64,000 bases of DNA from Lepidodermella squamata (lineage: Eukaryota; Animalia; Gastrotricha), in the NCBI GenBank assembly GCA_047495785.1, contig JBLDXI010000010.1, positions 558,001-622,000 of the forward strand, given 5' to 3'. This document shows, piece by piece, positions 25,313 to 35,420 of this stretch. Under the pieces are notes generated by a model that was not told where the DNA came from, made no database searches, and was given only the letters and a program-made list of their open reading frames with translations. Made by a program: the position numbers and the translations under genes. How positions within the stretch are numbered: position 1 is the stretch's first letter; each line of letters starts with the position of its first letter.

Positions 25313-27958
25313 GTTGTTTCAGCGAGAACGGGACCTTTTCGCTCAACTTGGAACATCCGTCGATACGCGACCAAATCGACGGAGCTATGGTCAACCGCTG
25401 TAACTGCTTTACATCCTCTGTCAACACTGGCAGGCGAAGCTGCACCGAAAAGGTTCCATAAAAGCTTCGAAATCGATTTCTGCCGCAATCACTTGCGCAA
25501 ACCTTCGAAAGCTAGTTACAAGCTGATCGGGAATACTCTGGAAATCAGCAAAGACGGGTCAGCAATTTTCAACATTAGCAGGAATGATGAAGCCACATTA
25601 AATGGCAAAATCACAGCTTTGGGCAAAGACGGAAACATTGTTCACGTTCGAATCGATACGGCCGAAATTACGAAACCGCGATTTGAGTTACAGCGCGATG
25701 ACGTTGTTACATCAACTGCCTTATCGAGCCGTCATCACAACTACCGTTTACAAACTGATGATGAGAAACTTTCGACTATCATCAATGGAGATTCGAAGAT
25801 TGTGATCAACCACGAACCATTCAGTCTCAATTTCACAAATGAAACTGGCGAATCTGTTCTTTCAATCAACGCCGAAGAAAAGCTGGAAGTTGGAGGTGAA
25901 GATGGAGCAATTTCGGGCGATTTCTTTTTCCCTGACTCGCGAAGCTTGTACGGCTTAGCTGAACATGCAGATTCATTTCGTTTGAAAGAAACGATTGGCG
26001 TTGAACCTTATCGACTATTCAACTGCGATTCTTTCAGTTACAAACTCGAATACCGTGGTTCTTTGTACGGCTCGATTCCGTTGCTGATCGCGCCTAAAAG
26101 GGGCGGAGCTTGCTGCGGCGTGTTCTGGTTAAACTCGTCCGATACTTGGGTTGACATCGACTATCGAAACGAACGATCGTCGTCGTCTCAATTCATCTCA
26201 GAGTGTGGAGTTTTCGATGTTTACGTCTTGTTAGGTCCGAAAATTGGCGATGTTTTACGTCAATATCTCTTCCTGACTGGGACTACGCCGTTACCACCAC
26301 TTTTCGCTCTGGGCTACCACCAGTCGCGCTGGAACTACACTGACCAAGCCGACGTGCTTCAAGTAAACGAAAGTTTGGCGAAAAATGATATTCCCTGTGA
26401 CGTCATTTGGCTTGATATCGAGTATACGGATGCTAGAAAGTACTTCACCTGGAACAAAACAAAATTCCCTGATCCATTGGCAATGTTGGAGGAATTGGAG
26501 GAGAAAGGCCGTCGTTTGGTGACAATCGTCGATCCACATCTTAAGAAGGACCCTAGCTACTCAAAGTACGCAGAAGCTAGCTCGAAGGACTACTTCGTGA
26601 AAGACCCAGTGACGGGAGAAGACTACGTCGCAGAATGCTGGCCAGGTGCCTCATGTTGGCCAGATTTCACGCGGCAAGACGTCCGCCATTGGTGGGCCGA
26701 CCAATTCAGCTTTGCGAACTACCCGCTGACAAATGACCGGGTCTACATTTGGAACGATATGAACGAGCCTTCAGTTTTTAAAGGTGTTGAATCAACGTTC
26801 CCGAAGGGAGTCCTCCATGCTAACAACGTCGAAAATCGCCAGGTTCATAATCTGTACGGCCACTACCAGGCAATGGGTACATTCAATGGCCTTCTGAATC
26901 GTGGTGAGGGACAAAAGCGGCCTTTCGTTCTTACAAGGTCATTTTTCGCCGGGACGCAACGATTTTCGGCAGTTTGGACAGGCGATAACGTTGCTGAATG
27001 GAAATATCTGCAGGCGTCGATTTCAATGCTTTTGAGCCTTAGTGTTTCCGGGGTAGCATTTTGCGGTTCTGATGTCGGTGGGTTTGTTAACGAACCGGAT
27101 GAAGAACTTCTTACTCGGTGGTACCAAGCCGCAGCGTTCCAACCATTCTTTCGAGAGCATTCGTTTGGAAAACGTCGCGAACCTTGGCTCTTCTCACCTC
27201 GAACCAACAAACGACTTCAAAATGCGATCAGGTTACGTTACACCTATCTGCCGTATTGGTACACCCTGTTCTACGAGCATGAGATGAAAAACGGTCTGTC
27301 ACCGATGAGGCCGATGTGGGCGGAATTCGCTGAGGAAGTCGAGACATTCACTGATGAAAGTTCGTTTCTAGTGGGCGATGCGCTGTTAGTGCATCCTGTT
27401 TGCAGGTCAGGCGTGAAATTTGAGCAAATTTACCTGCCAGGCAAAAGTACGCTCTGGTACCGGGCAGATCGATGGAGCTGTGTTCGCGGTGGTAAATCGT
27501 TCGTCGAGAAGCTTCTCATCGATCGCATTCCCGTTTTCCAACGCGGCGGAACTATAATCCCACGTTGGATTAATCCGAAACAGTCGTCTGAATCCATGGC
27601 TAACGGAACATTTGCTTTGATCGTTTGCCTTGATGGCAATGGCTCAGCTAGTGGTAATTTCTTCACTGACGATTTTGATGGTTACGCCTATCGATCGGGT
27701 GGTGGCTCTTACTTTTACTTCTCTTTTGCCAACTCAACGTTTTGTTTTAAAAATACGTCAACGGCGGGACAGGCTGTTTTTATCGACAAAATTGTTGTTG
27801 CCGGATTGCTGGACGAGCCGCGGGGTGCAGTTTTAACGCGAGATGCTAAGAAATCATTCTTGCCGCTAGTCTGGAACGAATCGAGGCATTTTGTCGAGCT
27901 CCTGCTGTCTTCACAAGAAGTTCACCTGGGAACGAAATTCGAAATTTCTTTGTGCTAA
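25313..27958 (+). CDS. GH31 neutral alpha-glucosidase, tandem copy 2 (start codon unresolved)
   Basis: Colinear with copy 1 from acceptor TTTTTTCGCAG (25312); catalytic motifs intact (WNDMNEP, WTGDN); the ATG used by copy 1 reads TCG here. Confidence 0.85.
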   Translation, partial: VVSARTGPFRSTWNIRRYATKSTELWSTAVTALHPLSTLAGEAAPKRFHKSFEIDFCRNHLRKPSKASYKLIGNTLEISKDGSAIFNISRNDEATLNGKITALGKDGNIVHVRIDTAEITKPRFELQRDDVVTSTALSSRHHNYRLQTDDEKLSTIINGDSKIVINHEPFSLNFTNETGESVLSINAEEKLEVGGEDGAISGDFFFPDSRSLYGLAEHADSFRLKETIGVEPYRLFNCDSFSYKLEYRGSLYGSIPLLIAPKRGGACCGVFWLNSSDTWVDIDYRNERSSSSQFISECGVFDVYVLLGPKIGDVLRQYLFLTGTTPLPPLFALGYHQSRWNYTDQADVLQVNESLAKNDIPCDVIWLDIEYTDARKYFTWNKTKFPDPLAMLEELEEKGRRLVTIVDPHLKKDPSYSKYAEASSKDYFVKDPVTGEDYVAECWPGASCWPDFTRQDVRHWWADQFSFANYPLTNDRVYIWNDMNEPSVFKGVESTFPKGVLHANNVENRQVHNLYGHYQAMGTFNGLLNRGEGQKRPFVLTRSFFAGTQRFSAVWTGDNVAEWKYLQASISMLLSLSVSGVAFCGSDVGGFVNEPDEELLTRWYQAAAFQPFFREHSFGKRREPWLFSPRTNKRLQNAIRLRYTYLPYWYTLFYEHEMKNGLSPMRPMWAEFAEEVETFTDESSFLVGDALLVHPVCRSGVKFEQIYLPGKSTLWYRADRWSCVRGGKSFVEKLLIDRIPVFQRGGTIIPRWINPKQSSESMANGTFALIVCLDGNGSASGNFFTDDFDGYAYRSGGGSYFYFSFANSTFCFKNTSTAGQAVFIDKIVVAGLLDEPRGAVLTRDAKKSFLPLVWNESRHFVELLLSSQEVHLGTKFEISLC

Positions 27959-28320
27959 TGAACTGGCTGAATTTCTTTTAGCATTTTTCGATTAATCTTA
28001 ATAAAAATGTTTTTAATGCTGTCCATATTTTTGGTTTTTCTCAGGACACTCAGGTGATGACTTGCGACTCATTTTCACTCTTGAACCGATACGTATCCTA
28101 ATACGATGCACGATGCGATGATCATCGCCTCAAATAAGTCTCAACTGTCAATAAATCATCGGTGAGGAGCAACACCGCATTCGTCGCTCCACTTATCTAG
28201 AAACTTCCACTAAGGGAAAGTATCTCTATCTATTAGAACATCGGAAGTTCAGCAGCGGACTGTTATTTTGATGCGCATGAAACCTCAAAATTTCTTAATT
28301 CGGTTCCATAACAATAAAAA

Positions 28321-29810
28321 ATGAGGCTCGTATTATCGCGTCTTTTGCTCCTACTGCAGGTTTTCATTGGAGCCCAGAAATTATCGATGAGATCTCCAAT
28401 CTCCAATGCCGGCGCTCATCTCTTCAGGTCAACAGAATAGAACACGGATAACCGTCCCCGTAATAATTAATTATGGCGGCGTGTCGTATCCAGCTGGCCC
28501 TATTCATCCCGAAGCCGTAAGGATGGCTCTTCGAACGATCGAGCGGGCGCAACTCAGGAGGATGCCACACGCCTACCACTGGTTATCATTGGGGGCTGCA
28601 GTAACATGATTCTTGGATACATCCCCAACCATTTCAACTTCAACTTCAACGTCACTGTAAGTAACGATTACAATGTGAACATTGTGACTTGAGTTGTCAC
28701 TCTTCGTGAACAGTTGACAATGCAAGGAAAAAACGCTTTAATTTTCAAACGCAACTCGAAGCTATTCGACAGCATGCACGTCATTCTTCCGTATTTCGAG
28801 ACATTTTTTGAGGCCATGCCTCGTTTCATCCAAGCAATATGCCAGAAGCCAGAAACGGAACATTTCGGTTATTATCTCAACTAAATTCATTATGATCGCA
28901 CCCAACTCACAGGCCCAACATTGCAAGATGGGACGATAGCTCTTGGCAGCATGAAGGCGAAAGACGCAAGAATTATGATCATTAACACGCCATTTAGTGC
29001 TTTGACGGCTTGTGTGATGTATAGACTTGGGTTATACGGCCCGAACTACGTTATTTTCCTACAGAGCACGATAGCGTTTCTACCCAATACAATGCTGCGA
29101 TTCCTAATACCTGGCTGCACTGAGCAAACCCTGTTTTAAGTCCTTAACAGCGTAATATTCTTTGGTTCAAACTCAATTTCTAGCAATGATGAGAGACATG
29201 TCGACTCTTTTGGCGTTCGAATTCAAGATTTTGATAGATACTTGATGGAAATATCGATCGGCCAGATTTACAGTCCCTGTGGTGGGGCTCTCGTAGCAAT
29301 TACTACGAAGTAGTGATGACAGCCGCATTAGCCCTCAATCTTACAGAAGCTGAGCTTGCATTACGAAATGACTCGCTATCAAATTGGACACTAGGCTCGA
29401 GGAATTATATGCTGAATGGTGACCAAATCAGGGAAGTTATTGATAGAAACGTTCGTAAGGTCAACTTTGCGGGATTGGTCGCAGAGGTGAACGGAGACAC
29501 ACTGAACAATGCAAGAGGTATTACTGGATTTTACCAGATCAAAGCTATCTTGGGAACTTCTAACACTAACCTTACGATATCTGAGCGACAGAGAAAAGCT
29601 CCCGTCGCTACTTATGATGCTAGCAAGCCAAATCCAAAGCTTCTGTTAGGACCAGATAAATTGTTATGGCGCACAAAGGATGGGCTTCCGCCGCGAGATA
29701 AACTTAGCAGGTAGTAGCAGTGAAAGTTCTGCTGATCCCCATCGGCAGCAGCGTTTCATTCACTGTTGTATCTGGTTTGCTCGAAGTCACAAGCCTAATT
29801 CTGCTAATTC
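28321..29810 (+). pseudogene. Pseudogene of the GABA-B-like class C GPCR at 35421
   Basis: Homologous segments NRTRITV..NYGGVSYPAGPIH, RLGLYGPNYVIF, ISERQRKAPVATYDASKP. Lesions: 7-bp duplication TCTCCAA (28393-28406), internal deletions, GAA>TAA stop at 29137-29139, further frameshifts, homology lost around TM1. Confidence 0.9.
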
Positions 29811-30192
29811 TTACTTTTTTGCGAAGTTTTCTAATGTGTCTTATCTTAAACAAAACTGCGCACTTCGAAGTAGAAATCATACCCCGCATGCAACTATTAT
29901 CATTATTTACACTGATATAGCTTCTTATGCAGCAATATGAGTCAGAGTTGTAATATGAATATTAAACCAACTGGTAAACTTTATTCCGTGGAAATACATA
30001 GGTGTATTTAAATATGCGCAAGCTTAGGCATTCTTTTATTTTTATTATTGCGCATACTACGCAAATCCTTAAGCATCGCTCATGGCGAAACACCTAGGCT
30101 ACGCAGTTTCTGCAAGCTATTGTTCGCGAAGTCTTACAACATGATAGCATGCACCCTTTAACATCAGTTTTACATTTCTATTGTGTATATCC

Positions 30193-30312
30193 CAGAGAGC
30201 GAAGTGCCGTTGGGGATGGTAGGGATCATCCCTACTCAGCCAAAGACCAAAGGGGTACCTTATGTCGATTTTCCTTATTCTAATCAGTTCTGCAGTCCTA
30301 CTTCACTCTCTG
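30193..30312. mobile_element. 120-bp hAT-like MITE
   Basis: TIR CAGAGAGCGAAGT / ACTTCACTCTCTG (1 mismatch); 8-bp flanks GTATATCC and GTATATAA (6/8). Confidence 0.65.
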
Positions 30313-30777
30313 GTATATAAAATCTCGATTAAATATCTCGATGTGTACATTATTGTTTCGAAGCAACCAAAAACTGAGGGCTCATTCTGGCTGGAATAAT
30401 TATTTAGCTGAATCATTTAGCCTCTGAGCGACTTTGCATCATTTTTCATTTACGTGAACGGTTTTGAAGGGGGCGGAGACAGGCATTTATCGGGATTCGG
30501 GGCCTTCCTAGGGATTCGGATCCAAACCATTCGAGCACGGGTCGGTTCATTTGAGAGCTCATACGCCCAAGAGAGGGTAGCTTGCCATTGTTTAGAGCAG
30601 GGCTTCTCAACATGGAAACTGGGGACTTAAACCGGCTGGGGCATTAACTTGAGGTTGGGATAATAATTCGGTATTTCTTGCTCTACACATGGTTTATCCT
30701 TTATTAGATTTTCTTACTGATTTCTGAAATTACGCCTGCAAATAATCAAAGAATTGACATTTTTTCCATACGTGTGT

Positions 30778-31838
30778 ATGAATATTACGATAAAGGCATT
30801 AGTTGGAATTTTCTTTCTACTGGCGCTTCTCTTCGTCTCACTGCCATCAAATTTGTTTCTTGTTACTTCTACGGTTGCTTTCGCGATATTCTTATCAGTG
30901 TTTTCAACGATGGAAAGTGTCTCTAATGCAGAAGATGTGAGCCCTCCACCCCCCTCAACTACTGAAGCGGCATCTGAACAGGTTAGAAACAATTAGTTGC
31001 AAAAATTAAAATTATAGAACAATATTTTCAGAATCTTCGTCGAATCTTGGTATTTGGTTCTTCTCAAGTTGGAAAAACTGAAATGATAAACGTTTTGACT
31101 GGCCTCTTTGGAACAGAAAATGCGCGTAAAACGGGGGACAAATGCGTTGGATGTACCTTCGATTCTTACGAATTCGATCCAGTGCCAGATCCTAATGGAA
31201 AGTGTTTATATCAATTTATTGACACTGCGGGATTAAATGAAGCAGATACTACCGTTACCGTTATTGGACCAGAAGCGATTAAAAAATTGGTGAAACTCCT
31301 AGCCCACCCGACCGGTTACAATCTAATCATTATGGTTATTAAAAAGAATGTGATATTGAGGTCTACAAAAGCTAACTACGAACTTATCAAGACTTTTGCG
31401 CATGGATCAATCCCAGTGATATTGGTAGTAACCTTTTGCGAGACAAAGGCGAAATTGGGTACATGGGTCAAAGAAAACAATGACATGTTGAAGAATAATC
31501 ATCGCATGATCTTTCATAAAGATTGCGTTATTGGTACTGGCGCATGGGGAAAAGCAGAAGATCCAGCTTATGAGGCTTTATCTCCACCGAAACGCGACAA
31601 GTCAAAGAAGAAAGTTTGGAAACGTATCGTTCTTCATAGTTTAGATAAATCAGTTCAAATTCCATTTGACAACTTCGTGGAAACTTTGAAGTTCGCATAT
31701 AACTACGTTGCTTTGAAATTCTCGCTTCCTGATCGCTTGCTTATCCAAGGTCAGTATGTTCCTGTAATGATGGCGGCCGGTGTTCCTGAAAAGGAGGCCG
31801 TAGAACTTACACAAGATATTCTAAAAGAAAAAATATAA
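30778..31838 (+). CDS. P-loop GTPase of the AIG1/septin-like TRAFAC group, 2 exons, possibly with an N-terminal hydrophobic anchor
   Basis: Exon 1 ends 30981 (ATG at 30778 or 30910), exon 2 is 31032-31838. G1 GSSQVGKT, G2 GCTF, G3 FIDTAG, G4-like VVTFCE. Confidence 0.8.
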
Positions 31839-32301
31839 CTTCAATCATTGTCTAACAGCTTGATATATTCGCTCAGCGATGGCTTGCGTGTTGATTATAT
31901 TAAAGGCTTCAAAAACTGTTATTACGGAGCGTTAATACGCTTTTCAAGAATATAAATTTTACACGTCGTGTGTTTATACTTTATCGCGGAAATTTCAGAA
32001 CACTGATAGAATTACGAAAACTTTGATATTGAGAGCAAACAGTTTTGTATTCGGTACTGGTTATCTGATGTCTATCTGTCCCATGTTCATCCATAAAGGA
32101 ATATTTTCTGCTGAAAAAGTATTGTTAATGGGGATGACATTTTGCTATTATTTATTCATTCGATGATTGACACGTCTCTATTTTCACCGAACATTCAACG
32201 AGGGATCGAGAAAGGTTTATAAATCGTGCAGATTTCAAAGCTCTGTCAACTGTAAAATAAAACCAAACCAGAGGTGGTTAGAATCGTTGAAAAACGTGAC
32301 C

Positions 32302-34561
32302 TCACTGTACTCGGCAAAGCTTGCGTTGGGGTTTCTTGTCTTGTTTGTCCCGCGATGCTTCAGGAGGTTGAACAGAGACCTCTGCATCAGCCATTTTGCC
32401 CTTAGCAATACTTGCTAGCTCGTCTTCGTGCCAACCCCTCAGGAAGTCGAGCTCTGTGTCTGTCAGCTTATCGAATCGCGTTTCAAGGCCACAAACTTCA
32501 CACATGCGGCACTTGCTGCATTCAGGCAAATGCTTGGCAAGTAAATCATCGAGCGACGCGTTTTTCTCAGTGGCGAATAGTTTGCGCCAAAGGTGGCAAG
32601 TCTTACGTTGACAGAAAAACTCATGAACCTGCATGCGATAGAGTCGTTGTCCGGCTAAGACGGCTTTTAAATCAATGCTAGGCTCACTATTTTCATCAGA
32701 TGGCACATTATCAGCAGATTCCTCCAAATTTGGCTCTTTAGGTTCGTCATATACTGGGATCGCTTTCAACGCAGCGATTTCATCAGCTATCATTTGGATC
32801 CCTGGGGAGCAAACGGCATCATAAATTGGGATTGTTGAAGAAAGCTTTTGTACCTGATTTGACTTGGATGTTCCGAACGACTTCAAAGAAGAATCGAGGC
32901 GCTTGCAGCCCCTTAATGGCTGACAGGACCTTTTGCCTAGTATTTTGCCTGAGTTGGTTGCCTCGCGCCGGGTCAACGTCGTAAATAGGATTCGGGTTAT
33001 CGATTAAGCATACACGATCACGGCAACGCTTTAGCATAGAAGCGAAAAATGGCAGATGAGCCGCCTGCTGTTTGATCCACTTTTTCTGAGCCTCCTCGCT
33101 AGGATGGAGAGTCAGCGGTTCGTTGCCTTGTGTCAGCACAATGACAACATTGTTGCAACACGCTTCACCGAACATGTTCACCATGAATTCGAACGTCCTC
33201 GCTTGTTCCTGTGTCATTCGATTGGCTGGCATACAGAACAGAATGACGTCGATTCCTTCCTCCAGAGTTCCAAGGGCATCACGAAGTCGATCCTGCACCA
33301 CTGCATCAACTTCATTCGTGTCGTTCGACCCCATAGTGTCTATAAGCGAAAGATGCTCCTCGAGTATTCGGTAGCTTGAGTGCAATTTGGTTTCCGAGTA
33401 CATGTTACAGCTAGTTGGAAATGCCTCCTGACACCCGATCAGCGTGTTGCCTAGATTCGACTTTCCGGCACCCGTGCCGCCTATCAACAGCGCAGTTCTG
33501 AACTTTTTCTGCAAAGCTATGCAGGTTCGATGCTCGAGCGTAGCTGCGGCTGAAAATCGCTGGGTTGGGTCCTTTCGTAGAAGCCTGCGACATCGACAGT
33601 AAATTGAAAGATAGCATAGGATATAAAGAAAGCTTACGGTTCCAGCAGGTTGTCGAGATTGTCGCTTATATGTTTCAGCGACGGCCGCTCGCCATTCACT
33701 ATCCTCTCAGTTAGCTGCTCCTCAGTGGTTCCTACGAACGCAAACTGGCCAGTTAGCATTTCATACAGAATGCAGCCGAGCGACCACATGTCCGTCTTCT
33801 CATCGTAGCCAGTATTACTGCGGCTTTTGCCCTGTAGCCAATCGCGAACCACTTCAGGGCTCATATACGCTGGGGAGCCTCGAATAGTTGCAGCTAAGCT
33901 CCCCTTCTTCAATCGTCGGCTCTCTCCGAAATCGACTATTTTGGCGAAGCCATGCTTCATCATGATGTTACTTTTAGCAAAAGAGAAAAGCCAACTTCAT
34001 GGTCGATCCAAAATACAACACATGTTTTACTTACCTTGGCTTGAGGTCTCTATGGATAATCAATTTCTTATGAAGGAAGGCTACGCCCGATATAAGTTGG
34101 TAAAATGCGTCCATTGCAATGTCGACTCTCGTTTGTTCATTGAGACTATCGTTCGCGAATAGACCTTCTGTAAAGTCCTCCAGCGTTTCATGACAATACT
34201 CCAGAACCAATGCCTCGATACCGCCACTTGGAAACATTCCCATTAACTGAGCGACGTAACGACAGTTACCAAGTCGTTGTAGCATGAGAATTTCTTTGTT
34301 GCTAAGATATTTTCGCGGTACGAATTTGATAGCTCTTAGTCGTCTATCCTCAAGCTTTTCTTCGTCATCGCTTGTTTTTCTGGCGAGCAAATCTTCAGCT
34401 TTGAAGACGACTCCGTACGATCCCTCGCCGATTTTCTCCAGCAGCCTGTATCGCTTGCCAGGACCGGTTTCTATCCCAGGTTGCAGAGCATCAATCGATG
34501 AGAGGTCTGATTCGATTCGTCTCACCTGCGCTTGCACGCTCCCTCTCTTCTGTTCAGTCAT
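32302..34561 (-). CDS. Ser/Thr protein kinase - AIG1/GIMAP-like GTPase - His/Cys-rich domain fusion protein (about 696 aa, 4 exons)
   Basis: Exons 34561-34035, 33970-33638, 33584-32854, 32801-32302 joined by GT-AG introns of 64, 53 and 52 nt in consistent phase (2091 nt). Kinase GEGSYG, AIK, HRDLKPSN, DFG, SPE, DMWSLG; GTPase GGTGAGKS, LIDTMG, VLTQGN, CRDRVCLIDN. Confidence 0.88.
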
Positions 34562-35420
34562 TTAATTTAAAACAAAAGTAGACAAAAAGTCGACAATACA
34601 GATGATAACGCTAAATTTAGCTTCAGCTTAATTCGCCATATCACGATAACATGGCGGAGATAAAATGACGGCTGCTCTTATTACGGTTTTGTATCGTGAA
34701 ATTGAAATTATCTTTCTCCTTCTCACTTTCACGGCGAAATCGTCGTGTGGAATTAAAAATACAAAATATCGTTGTATCCGAATGACATTCAAGTGAAAAC
34801 AGGATCTTTGCAATCATCGACAACCCTATTTGAACCAGCCGTAGAGTTATATAATCCTAACTAAAAGTAAACAAAATAAATTTTAAAATCATAAGAACTT
34901 TGGCGCCATTTCATTGCTCGTTAGACCTCTTTGGTTTGTGTATTTTGAGGAAATTGGTTTGCATCACCAAAAGGACACGTTCAACACTCTTTTATCCTAG
35001 TTCATGAAGCTTCCTTTGAGCTACGATTAAAGATTCAGAGAGATGACCAAGATCTTTCGAGAATTACCCTACAGCGAAAAAGAATATTTTCACTGTCTGC
35101 CGATAAGCATCTATTGTTGCGAGCACGAGGGGAATAAGGCTGAGATACAAGTTCTGGCTCACCCTAATTTCTAAAAACGTTGTGTTAATATATGGTACGT
35201 TGGCACTTGAGATCAAATTCGCGACAAGTTGTCGAAAAGGCACGGCAGTTTAAACAGCTCGGAAGCGGATGAAGCCGAAAGCGTGGTCACTTATATTGCT
35301 AGATGTGAAAAAACCCGCCGACGGGAAGCTTTCATGGGGCCTTTCATCTTACATCCAGACGCCTCCACACGCACATTTGCTGTCCATTCCTGCATTGAGA
35401 CCCAAACATCACTGAAAAAA

